Source of the DNA: an uncultured Gammaproteobacteria bacterium
Lineage (GTDB): Bacteria; Patescibacteriota; Microgenomatia; CAYQLK01
NCBI GenBank assembly: GCA_964404855.1
Contig: CAYOLO010000001.1
Span: forward strand, 297,322-361,321
Direction: 5' to 3'
Length of the DNA stretch: 64,000 nucleotides
The notes beneath the pieces were generated by a model. It was not told the origin of the DNA. It did not search any database and saw nothing but the letters and a program-made list of their open reading frames with translations. Made by a program: the position numbers and the translations under genes. The first letter of the stretch is position 1, and each line of letters opens with the position of its first letter. Of the stretch, positions 8,850 through 20,000 are shown one piece after another.

Positions 8850-11558
8850 ATGGTTAGAGTAATAGATAGTGTAGTAAATGACGAGAACGAAATTGCCCAT
8901 TCGATTGAGGGTTCTGTTGCAAACCCATTTGAACAATTAACACAAGAGGAGCTAGATCTTATAGGCTTGTCAGAAATATACGACAATGCCAAATTAGAAA
9001 CTATCAAAGAAACTTATAATTCTAGATTTGCTAGATCAAGAAACATTTTCAGAACATCAAAATTAAGTAATTTTTCCGAGCGTACTAAAGCTAAAGGTAA
9101 GAAAATGGCTTTTAGATCTGGAACCGCTTTTGTACTAAATTATTCCGCAGATGCTTTAAGTATTGTTCCTGTCACAGTACCGGGCGCTATTGTTGCGTCA
9201 ACGGTTGCTGGTGCGTTGGGTACTGGTTATGACAGTTTTATTAATAAACAAACATTCCACAAACTTTTTGGATATTCACAAACACAAGAATTTTTGACCG
9301 CTAAGTCAACTTTAGAACCGGATGCCTTAAAAGGCAGAAAAAGAGAATACAGAGATTTAATCGAAAGATTAGATGATGCCGATTATGCTGGTCGAGCTGA
9401 TGTTGAAGCCGATTTGGCTGAGGTTAAAAAATTAATTCGAGCCGTTGAAGATGGAATGATTTATAACGCTAGATCCTCTGTAGAGGTGAAAGTGACATCT
9501 GATAAGACTGCAGCGAATAAAGGTTGGATTGAAGTTGATGGTCTTAATGATGGTTTGGTTTATTTATACGAACAAAAAAGAAAACTTACCGGTAAATTAG
9601 TTGAATTTGAAGACGATTTTGAAGCAAAAAGAGATATTTTGCTTGGACTAATGCCAAGTGATATTGCAAAACAAAAAGACAAAGTTATTGAAGATGTAGT
9701 CGCTGAAAGAATTCAAACTCTTAAATCTCGAATTAAATCTAGACAAAACCGTATGTGGGTTGGTGAAACTGTAGCTTCTACAGCTTTATCTGTTACAGGT
9801 GGTTTGATTGTAGGTAAGTGGGTAGAAAGAAGTTTGGGTTGGGGTGAGGAAATCGCAAAAGCGACAAAATCAAGCCTGAATCAATATTTTGAATATAACA
9901 AAGATTTATTTATTGAAAACCCTGTGGCTTTTAAAGGTACTTTGTTATCTGTGGCTGATACTCATATTGCTGATCAAATCGACAAAGTTTTATCTGAAGA
10001 ACTCGATAAGCTAACCAAGGAAGAATTAAGTTTAAAAGAATTTGCAGAATTTAAGGGAATTACTGATGGTAGCCAGTTTAGGCCAATTTATGAGTCAGAA
10101 TTTTTGAATAATGCTGATTCTAATCAAATTAAATCCCTAATAAATGCAGCTGGAGAAGCTGATTTGGATACAACAGAAGGTGCAATTGATTTTGTTACAG
10201 CATCAGGAATGGACAGGTTTGCGGTTGATGTGGAGGCTAATTTGCCGATATTAACTATTTTTGAAGAAAAAGAGATTGCTACAGGAGATGAAATGGTTTC
10301 TTTAATGAAAAGAAATCCTAGAGTTTTTGGTGATCTTGATCAGAGATATATTGGTGATGTTAAGTATTTTGATGCTATTTCAAGAATGCCAAAAGAAGAT
10401 TTGGATAAATATATCCAAAGTTTTGGTGATTTGGAGCAAGGCAATTACACTGCTGAGGCTGCTGTTAAAAAACTTGAGTTTTTGGCTTCACAAGCTGATG
10501 TTTCTTACGAAGAAAGATTAGTTAGAGTACCTATTGTAGAAAATTATCAAGTTGTTAGTGGTGATAGTGTTTATCAAATTCTTGAGAAAAATAATATTGC
10601 TCTTGATAGTCCCGAGTCAGTTAAATTTGTTTCTGACAACAGAGAATCATTACTGATTACTGCGTCGCAATTTGGTAATGAAGATGATCTTAATCAGATG
10701 TTAGCTAAGATTGATTCTGGTGAAATGGATTCGATTAGTGACGATTTAGCCTTGTCTGGTCGAGCTTTGCATTGGATTAATACTGGTGACCAGTTTTCAA
10801 TACAAACAGGGTTTGAGGAAAGAGTCGAAAGAGTAGCGATAGGAGAAAAGCCTGCGTGGCTTACACCTATTGAAGCTCCAAAAATAAGCGAAGTTCCAGT
10901 TAATGGTCCTGAAACAGAACACATTGTTACTGCTGAAAAGATTATTGACCTAAGAAATAGTCATATTCCAGAAAAATTAGAGATATCCAGTATTGGATTA
11001 TCTACTGACGTTAATGAGGTTGCTAGTTTGAGTAACGTTGATTACCCATACTTAAACAGAGATTTTGTTGGACATATGGCCGAAACAGGTGCCATGGGGT
11101 ATGACGATTGGCCAAACAAAAATATGATTATTGGAGGACACGTAAGTTACCAAGGTAATCCTGCTGTTTTTTATAATCTTCACAAAGTTCAAGGCGGGGA
11201 AGTAATCAAAATAACTGACGTATCCGGTCGTGAGACTTTATACAAAATCAGAAGCATGGAAATAGTTCACGAGTCAGAAATTGGTCAGAGAGTAGGGCTT
11301 GCTTCCAATGATGAAATCCTTACTTTAATTACATGTCAGTACAATCAAAACGAAAATAAGATAGTTGTGGTTGCAGACAAGTGGAATCCAACTGTCGCTA
11401 CGACTGATGAGGATAAATTAGCTCAAATTAGAAGCCAATTAGCTGCAGTTAAACAAGTTTTTGATTTTTCTGAAGCAACTCCAGAGGTAACAAAAACTAC
11501 AAGTAATATAGCTGATCTTAAAAAGTTTAGAGATCAAATTTTGAGTAAAGTAGCCTAA
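8850..11558 (+). CDS. large membrane/coiled-coil protein with LysM-like and C-terminal class F-like sortase domains
   Basis: YQVVSGDSVYQI LysM-like; PEKLEISSIGL, IIGGHVS, AVFYNLHKV and LTLITC sortase motifs. Confidence 0.85.
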   Translation: MVRVIDSVVNDENEIAHSIEGSVANPFEQLTQEELDLIGLSEIYDNAKLETIKETYNSRFARSRNIFRTSKLSNFSERTKAKGKKMAFRSGTAFVLNYSADALSIVPVTVPGAIVASTVAGALGTGYDSFINKQTFHKLFGYSQTQEFLTAKSTLEPDALKGRKREYRDLIERLDDADYAGRADVEADLAEVKKLIRAVEDGMIYNARSSVEVKVTSDKTAANKGWIEVDGLNDGLVYLYEQKRKLTGKLVEFEDDFEAKRDILLGLMPSDIAKQKDKVIEDVVAERIQTLKSRIKSRQNRMWVGETVASTALSVTGGLIVGKWVERSLGWGEEIAKATKSSLNQYFEYNKDLFIENPVAFKGTLLSVADTHIADQIDKVLSEELDKLTKEELSLKEFAEFKGITDGSQFRPIYESEFLNNADSNQIKSLINAAGEADLDTTEGAIDFVTASGMDRFAVDVEANLPILTIFEEKEIATGDEMVSLMKRNPRVFGDLDQRYIGDVKYFDAISRMPKEDLDKYIQSFGDLEQGNYTAEAAVKKLEFLASQADVSYEERLVRVPIVENYQVVSGDSVYQILEKNNIALDSPESVKFVSDNRESLLITASQFGNEDDLNQMLAKIDSGEMDSISDDLALSGRALHWINTGDQFSIQTGFEERVERVAIGEKPAWLTPIEAPKISEVPVNGPETEHIVTAEKIIDLRNSHIPEKLEISSIGLSTDVNEVASLSNVDYPYLNRDFVGHMAETGAMGYDDWPNKNMIIGGHVSYQGNPAVFYNLHKVQGGEVIKITDVSGRETLYKIRSMEIVHESEIGQRVGLASNDEILTLITCQYNQNENKIVVVADKWNPTVATTDEDKLAQIRSQLAAVKQVFDFSEATPEVTKTTSNIADLKKFRDQILSKVA

Positions 11559-11588
11559 CTATTATCTATTGTAAATAACCTATAGTAC

Positions 11589-11617
11589 TTGACAAAAGGT
11601 TATTATTAATATATAAT
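11589..11617 (+). promoter_or_regulatory. sigma70 promoter
   Basis: TTGACA-17 bp-TATAAT. Confidence 0.8.
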
Positions 11618-11730
11618 TGTTAGGCAATAATATATGCCAGTTTGTAATACAAAGTTTTACTCTGATATATATTGTTGACAAAATAAAAACAGGTGTTTAT
11701 TATCCTGTAGTTACTAGTTATAAAACATAA

Positions 11731-13068
11731 ATGAAACTAAACAAAAAGGCGACATTTTTAACTTTAACCGGACTAGTTGTAATGTCTGGAATTTTCCCTA
11801 TGATTGGCGGCTTTGCTGCTGGTAACCCTAATTTGACTCTTGAACAAAGAGTTAAGAACTATGGCAATGGGCACGAGTCTTTAAACGAAAGCCCGTTTAG
11901 CTTTACACAAGCTGGAGCGGTTCCTAATGATTTCATGCAATATATAGTCACACTTGAAAATTCAGGTGATGACGCTAATAACGTTAAAGTAAAGGTTAAC
12001 TTGCCTGACGAAACAGTCGTGGGTAAGAAAGCTGCAGTTTACGTGGTTGGTTCAGCTGGGTTTGATATTGGTCCGGCTGTAGTTGGTGCAACTTCAATCA
12101 AATATTTTGACGATAACTCTGAAATAACTCCTGCTGGAAGCGATTCAGACGGACGAGATGAAAGAGTAGATTCTATTGAGTTTGCATTAGAAAAAGTTCC
12201 TTCTGGAACTGTTGGATCAACTGATCGTGAAATTAAGATTCAATACTCAGTTAGAATGGCTAAAGATATTGGTGAGTCAGTCGTTAACGACGCTAATGCA
12301 TCTGTTAGCTTGACCTCAACTGAAGTATCAAATGTATCTGGTAACGAAGTTCACACAAAATTATCAGGCAAACCTGAGTTTAAGACCGCTTCTGATACCT
12401 TTAAGGTTCAGGCTGGTCCAAGCGAAGAGTCTGATGATTGGAAAAATGATTCAGTCGAAATTGATCCTGAGTCTGACGCATTCTTAGGTGTTTGGGTAAA
12501 GAACTTATTCCACAACACGACTGCTAATAACCCAGTAATTGAGGTTACTTGGCCACAAGAATACAAGAACGAACACACATTGACAGCTACAATTAGCGGT
12601 TCTAATGTGTCGAGTGTCAGTGATACAGTTAAAGTTAAGATCAAGAACGGTCAAGTTAATAAGCTTGAAGTGATTGATGGTAGCTTGATGTATCAGAACT
12701 ACAATAGCCAATCAATTGGCGCAACTATTACTAAGACTGCTAATGGTTTTAGAGTGGCTGCTAATGACTCAATTGTTGGAGGTAATGCAAATGTAACCTT
12801 AGTTAATGCTCACTTAAGAGCAGTTAAACAAGGTACTACCACGACTACAACTAAAGAAAAAGTAGTTGAGAAAGAGTTTATTACTGAAAAAGTAGAAAAG
12901 AGAGTTGTTATTACTGAACTTCCTAAGACCGGTCCTGAAATATTTGGTCTGATTGGTGCTATGGGAGCAATCCCAGGCGGACTATTCTTAAGAAAGTTTA
13001 AGAGTAAAAAGAACGACTTTATCTCTTTTGGTCACGAAGTAGTAAAGAGAAACAACAAAAGAAAATAA
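11731..13068 (+). CDS. LPxTG-anchored surface protein with DUF11-like Ig domains
   Basis: signal peptide; YIVTLENSG..ANNVKVKVNLP; ELPKTG, hydrophobic stretch, RKFKSKK. Confidence 0.85.
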   Translation: MKLNKKATFLTLTGLVVMSGIFPMIGGFAAGNPNLTLEQRVKNYGNGHESLNESPFSFTQAGAVPNDFMQYIVTLENSGDDANNVKVKVNLPDETVVGKKAAVYVVGSAGFDIGPAVVGATSIKYFDDNSEITPAGSDSDGRDERVDSIEFALEKVPSGTVGSTDREIKIQYSVRMAKDIGESVVNDANASVSLTSTEVSNVSGNEVHTKLSGKPEFKTASDTFKVQAGPSEESDDWKNDSVEIDPESDAFLGVWVKNLFHNTTANNPVIEVTWPQEYKNEHTLTATISGSNVSSVSDTVKVKIKNGQVNKLEVIDGSLMYQNYNSQSIGATITKTANGFRVAANDSIVGGNANVTLVNAHLRAVKQGTTTTTTKEKVVEKEFITEKVEKRVVITELPKTGPEIFGLIGAMGAIPGGLFLRKFKSKKNDFISFGHEVVKRNNKRK

Positions 13069-13282
13069 ATTATAAACTTCTAGGGTTTCACCCCTAGAAG
13101 CTGGGTGCTTCAAGTTGGGCAGGCTTGAGCATCCAGTTTGTAGGGGTGAAATAAAAAGGATTTTTAGAATAACTATTGACAGATAGTGTACGAAATGTTT
13201 ACGATGTGGGCAGTTCCCCTTTGGAAATAGATTCATAAAAGTCATTTTTGGTTTCAAAAAATACCTTTTCCTAAATAAATAA

Positions 13283-14593
13283 ATGAACGAAACAAATAAT
13301 AAGTCAGGTGATGAGCCTGTGAAATCAGTAAATACGCCTGTAGTTAGGTCTGTGCAAACTATGCCTCAAGCTAGAAGGGTTGTACAGCCAATGGTAAGGC
13401 GTGTGGTAAATGGTGCGCCACAGCAAGCTCCTCACATGGGTCAACCTGTCATGCGTCCAATGTCTGGACTTAATCCTGCAGAAGAAATCAAAGGTTACCT
13501 TGATGTTAGTTATAACGGAGATGGGCATGGTTTTATTAGGCCAAAATTTAGACCATCTGATAAAGATGTTTATATTGCCCCGTCTCAAATAAGACGATTA
13601 GGTCTTAGACCTGGAGATTTTGTTGAAGGACAGGGTAGATCACCAAAAGAAAACGAAAGATATTATAGTTTGATATCAATAGATACAGTTAATGGTAACA
13701 AGTCTGAGCCTGTGAAAAAAAGGAGAAAGTTTGCAGATTTGACTGCATTGTATCCAGATAAACAACTTGTACTCGAAACAGGTAAATCCCCACTATCTAC
13801 CAGAGTTATCGATTTAGTCGCGCCAATTGGCAGAGGACAAAGAGGAATGATAGTATCGCCTCCAAAAGCTGGAAAGACCACGATTTTGAAAGAAATTGCT
13901 CACGGAATTACCCAAAATTATAAAGATATTCATTTAATGGCAGTATTAATTGGTGAAAGACCAGAAGAAGTAACTGATATAACGAGATCTGTAAAAGGGG
14001 AAGTTGTATCGAGTAACTTTGATGAGCCGGCCGAAGACCAGTGTAGGGTCGCAGAAATTGCCTTAGAACGCGCCAAGAGATTGGTTGAAGAAGGTAGAGA
14101 TGTAGTTATACTTCTCGACTCAATTACTCGTCTTGCAAGGGCTTACAATCTGTCAGTTCCACCATCAGGTAGAACACTATCCGGTGGATTTGATCCAGCA
14201 GCATTGTATCCACCAAAAAGGTTTTTTGGTGCAGCTAGAAATTGTGAAGAAGGTGGAAGTTTGACTGTAATAGCTACGGCATTAGTTGATACTGGCTCAA
14301 GAATGGATGATTTGATTTTTGAAGAGTTCAAAGGTACGGGTAATATGGAACTTTCGCTTGATCGTAGAATTGCAGAAAGAAGAGTGTTTCCAGCTATTGA
14401 TGTGGAGAAATCAGGCACAAGACAAGAACATTTGCTCTTTGATGAGTCGATGTATAAGCAGATAATTACTCTCAGAAGAATGCTATCTGTACTTAATGAT
14501 GAAGAGAGAACTTCGGTTTTGGTCGAAAGACTAGCAAAAACGAATGACAACAAAGAATTTTTGAATGGATTACCAAATTCTGAGGGGAAATAA
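13283..14593 (+). CDS. rho: transcription termination factor Rho
   Basis: GHGFIR RNA-binding region, SPPKAGKT, LLDSITRLARAYN, EEFKGTGNMEL. Confidence 0.97.
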   Translation: MNETNNKSGDEPVKSVNTPVVRSVQTMPQARRVVQPMVRRVVNGAPQQAPHMGQPVMRPMSGLNPAEEIKGYLDVSYNGDGHGFIRPKFRPSDKDVYIAPSQIRRLGLRPGDFVEGQGRSPKENERYYSLISIDTVNGNKSEPVKKRRKFADLTALYPDKQLVLETGKSPLSTRVIDLVAPIGRGQRGMIVSPPKAGKTTILKEIAHGITQNYKDIHLMAVLIGERPEEVTDITRSVKGEVVSSNFDEPAEDQCRVAEIALERAKRLVEEGRDVVILLDSITRLARAYNLSVPPSGRTLSGGFDPAALYPPKRFFGAARNCEEGGSLTVIATALVDTGSRMDDLIFEEFKGTGNMELSLDRRIAERRVFPAIDVEKSGTRQEHLLFDESMYKQIITLRRMLSVLNDEERTSVLVERLAKTNDNKEFLNGLPNSEGK

Positions 14594-14756
14594 TTTTTCT
14601 TAAATTCTAATTTTTCTAAATATTAAATAAATTGACTTTAGCCTATTAGATTAGGTTTTTTTCATGAAATTATGTGTTAGCAGAGCGGGGTGCAAAATTG
14701 ACAATATGCTCTATTTTTGTTAAAAGTGTGCAGGAATTTTTTTTTACTTAAAACAC

Positions 14757-15872
14757 ATGCATAAAAGAGAATTATCGAATTGGGACTTACTCATTCTTTA
14801 TTTTAACAGCCTTAAAAGGTGGTTTTTTACGCGTACTCACACATCGGGAATGTTGTTTGAAAACAGAAAATCGTCAGTAATTGGCCTGCTTTTGTGGAAG
14901 AGGGGTAAATACGGCAGATATGCTGTGCATCTTGGGGTGTTTATGCTTATTTTAATCAGTATTGTGTCTAGTGGAATTGTCGGTAATGCGCAGATTGTGT
15001 CGGGATCCTATCCTGGTATTCCTGTAAATCCTTTGGTTTCAGCCGCTTCACAAGACGAGGTTGAGGTTCAAGCTGTGGCTGAACAGCTTAATCCGGTTAC
15101 AATTATTTCAGAAAAACCAAGAGATAAAGTAATTGAACACGAAGTGTTGTCTGGAGAAACATTAAGTAAAATTGCTGAGAAGTATGGTGTCTCGGTCGAA
15201 ACGATTAAGTGGGAGAATAATATTCTAAGTGATTCTGCTTTAAAAACAGGAACAAAGGTAAGAATTCTTCCTGTTTCTGGTATTGCGCACAAGATTAAAG
15301 AGGGTGACACAATTTATTCAGTCGCAAAAAAGTATAAGGCTGAAGCTCAGGCTGTTTTGGACTTTCCATTCAATAACATTGGTGACAATTTAGCTCTTAG
15401 TATTGGAGACACATTGATTGTTCCTGATGGAACACCTGTTGAGGCGCCAAAATCTAGACCAACACAGTATTTGGCCAGCAAAGACGCAAATCTTCCACCA
15501 ATTACTGGTGGAGGGCAATTCGCTATGCCGACTACGGGTGGATTTTCTCAATACTATTCTTGGTATCACCCAGGTATAGATATAGCTAACCGAGCTTCAC
15601 CTCAGGTTCAGGCTTCTGATGGAGGAAAAGTTATTGTTGCTGGTTTTGTTGACAGTTCAGGATATGGAAATAGAGTCATAATCGATCACGGAAATGGCTA
15701 CCAAACCTTGTACGCACATTTGTCTGCTAATTATGTAGCCGTTGGGCAGAATGTGGCTAAGGGGCAGGTTATTGGCCAAATGGGTTCGACCGGTCGTTCC
15801 ACAGGTACACATCTTCATTTTGAAATTAGAAATAATGGTAGACAGCTAAATCCGCTGTCGTTTGTTAAATAA
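14757..15872 (+). CDS. LysM + M23 metallopeptidase
   Basis: two LysM repeats, HPGIDIA and STGTHLHFE motifs, N-terminal TM. Confidence 0.93.
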   Translation: MHKRELSNWDLLILYFNSLKRWFFTRTHTSGMLFENRKSSVIGLLLWKRGKYGRYAVHLGVFMLILISIVSSGIVGNAQIVSGSYPGIPVNPLVSAASQDEVEVQAVAEQLNPVTIISEKPRDKVIEHEVLSGETLSKIAEKYGVSVETIKWENNILSDSALKTGTKVRILPVSGIAHKIKEGDTIYSVAKKYKAEAQAVLDFPFNNIGDNLALSIGDTLIVPDGTPVEAPKSRPTQYLASKDANLPPITGGGQFAMPTTGGFSQYYSWYHPGIDIANRASPQVQASDGGKVIVAGFVDSSGYGNRVIIDHGNGYQTLYAHLSANYVAVGQNVAKGQVIGQMGSTGRSTGTHLHFEIRNNGRQLNPLSFVK

Positions 15873-15894
15873 AAATTTTAGATTGGAGAAATAG

Positions 15895-16872
<978 letters not shown>

Positions 16873-16956
16873 GAATTAAATTCCTAATTGGTTTTGATGG
16901 TAGAGAAGTAGTGAGGTAATTTTGTAAAATTGCCGTTTGCTATGTGTTATTTATTC

Positions 16957-17029
16957 GGGCCCATAGCTCAGTTGGTAGAGCGCTCCCATGGCATGGGAGA
17001 GGTCAGGAGTTCGAGTCTCCTTGGGTCCA
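16957..17029 (+). tRNA. tRNA-Ala(GGC)
   Basis: cloverleaf; CTCCC-ATGGCAT-GGGAG anticodon arm; G3:U70 pair; CCA not encoded. Confidence 0.95.
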
Positions 17030-17091
17030 CTTGTGTATTTGAGCTAGGTTTTGGATTAACTTACTTCTTGTTAACTATTTATATTGACGAC

Positions 17092-20000
17092 CTAGTTGAG
17101 GCTAAGCTCTTGGTTGATGATTAGATAGCTGACGGTCAGGTCTACTGTTTGAACTTGGGCAAGTTTAACCCTAAACCCTATACCAGCTAGTTTTTCTGTG
17201 ACGCTAACGGCAACTGGTAGATCTCCTTCGACTGTGAGCAGAATGATTGAGTTCTCGGTCACAGCAGTTGTTTCGACGTCAAATAGGTCGTATCCACTGG
17301 TTAAGAGTGTGTTGCCGGCGATGCGGTTGAGCGGATTTTCCTCGTCACCTTTAACTGTAATAGTACTGACTGTGAGGTCTTTAGTTTCGAGCTTGGCTAT
17401 TTTGACCAAACCTTCGGTGTCAATTACAAGTGATCCTCTGAGTAGGTCAAGTCCGCCAGAAGTTGGTAAGTTTTGTAGGTATAGAGTGCCTGATAGCACA
17501 TTTAATTGGCTGCCGAGACCGTCTGCGGTGGTATCGAGGGTAAATATTCCGTCCTGACTTAAACTTCCAGCAATATTAGTGTTACTTAGTGAGACTGAAT
17601 TGAGGAATTCAACTTCGTCTTTGAAAGTTGCTTGTTGTTCGACTGTTAGATTAATAACTGTTAAATCTTGAGGTTCTTGGTTTTCAAGCTCAGCTGATTG
17701 ACTAGATTCTGGTTGCGCACTTTCTGAGGCGCCAAGTACGGCAGACGAAGAGGCGATAGCGTCGGTAATCATCTTATCTATTTCTTCCCTAGTAATCGGA
17801 CCTTGGGCTTCTACTTGTTGGTTATTAGGAGTAACTTCGGAGTTTTCTTCACCATCGATACTGCCGTTGATGCCAATTAGAAGTTTGAGATTTTCTTCAG
17901 ATAATGTTGTTTGTCCAATGGTTATGGAATCATTAGCAACGATGTTCGTAGCTTCAATAATATCTTGGATTTGAGTTATTTCTGAGAGTATTTCTTCTTC
18001 AGTGAATTCTGTTTCTTCGCTTGTGGAATAGTTTGGAGCTTCCCCTGGGACAAATCCTCGTCCGTCTTGTTTGTTGGCAACATTGCCCCATTTTTCGTGA
18101 TCAAAACGAGGCGCGGTAAGACGATATGAGATTTCACAGTTACAGTTGCCGAAGATAGTTAAACGATTATTGGCTGGATCTCTTTCGTACCAGACTTTGG
18201 CGCGGCTGTCGTTAGCACTAAGAAGTACGACTAAGTCCTTCATATTTTGCCCAAAATCGGTGATTCGGTAGAAAAGCCCTAGGTCGCTTGAAGTTTCAAG
18301 TTCTGGGAAGTTGATTTGATATGAGAAGTTGCCAGTTGAACCCTCTGGGCGAGTAAGATTGGCAACGCCAGTTGTTTCTTCTTTTTGACCAGTCATAGAA
18401 GCTACATAAGTAGCGTATTTGGTACCATCGATGAAATATGGCGGGTCGATTGTTCCAAAGTCAACTTTAAGAGTTCCGTCGCCAAAGTTGATTTCTCCGT
18501 TGGTTGGGTCGTTACTCTGGATTACTGATCCATTGGTAAGGGTAATTGTTGAGGCAACCGGTGACGATTCCAATACAAAATGACTGTCTTCAGTCGCGCT
18601 GTTATTATTGCGACCTCCGAGATAGGAAGCTGATGTGTCTCTGACCCATCCCCATGCAGAGCTTGTGGTGGTGGTACAACTAGCACCAACACCATCGTTT
18701 TGACCTGCAACTTGAAGGACATATTTGGAGCCTGCTTGGACTAAGACTGGGGTCGTTAAGACAAATCTGGCCCAAGTAACCGCGCTACCGATATTTAATG
18801 TTTGGTAAGGTCCAGCGAGTAGTGTTCCAGCGCCATCTGAACCGTTTTCGTCATATATACAAACTGAAGCTTCCTCGGTTGCGCCCGCCATACTTATTTT
18901 GGCTTGGACGGTAGATAGATAAATATCAGCGGCTGGAGTGAAGGATTGGGTTTTTACAGCTGTAGCTGAGTTAACTGTGGTTGAGTTGCTAAAGAATCCA
19001 TGGTTGGTGTTTTTTGAGGCCTCCATAGTGAATAGGTAATCAGTCGAGGCGCTGGCTTCTGAGCGACCGCCTGAGTAAATATCAGAAGCAGAAACCGCCC
19101 ATTGCCAAGCTGATGAGGTAGTGGTGGTACATCCTGCGCCGACACCTGTGTTTTGTAGGGCAATTTGAAGAACGTATTTATTATTTCCAAGTAGCGGTAC
19201 GGCTGTGTTAAATGAGAATCTAACATGGCTTATTGTTGATGAAATATTGAGTGTTTGATTAGACATGGCAATTAGTGTGCCTGGGGCATCAGAGTTGTTG
19301 TCATAAATACAAGCAACAGCTTCTTCTGTACCGTTAGTTGATAAAATTTTTGCAACCACAGCAGTAACAGACATTGGGGTGTCTGGGGTGAATGATTGAT
19401 ATTTGGCTGTAGTGTCACTAGTACCGCTGGTGGCAGAGTTGATGATTGCGACACCAGTACCAGAGATGTCTGCGTAAATAGCACCTGTTGCAGAGAATAT
19501 TTCGCCACCGTCTGAGTTGGCGGTATCAAGAATTCTAAGAAGGTTGTTTGTTCCGTCGCGGAAGTTGAATATGCCGTTGTTAGCAACATCAATATTAAGA
19601 GTAGAAGCAGTTGTTGTGATGTCTCCACCGTTAACTGCCACATCGCTAGCGGTTGTAATCAGACCAGCTGTAGAAATACTCCAGTTATCGTCCGTAATTG
19701 AAAGGTTGGTGGTGCTGGCTGAACCTATTGTAATTGTGTTAGCAACTGCGCCGGTTCCAATTTGCACAGTTTTGGCGTTTGTGGCGCCAGTGGCAATTTG
19801 CACTGTTGTTGCTCCAGTGCCAGAGCCAATCGCTACGGTGTTTGTACCACTAGATTGGCCTAAAGTTAATAATCCGGTTTGGGCTGTACCTCCAAAGGTC
19901 ATAGTGCCAGTTGTGGTGCTAGCGCCAACTGTATATGTGGTTCCTGCAACACCATCTAAAGTAAAGTTACCACTACCTGCTCTGAGGTTAAGTGCGTTAG

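Noticed and set aside
16930-17124. Short ORFs overlapping tRNAs (also 58708-58920)
   Set aside because: They are translations of tRNA sequence.
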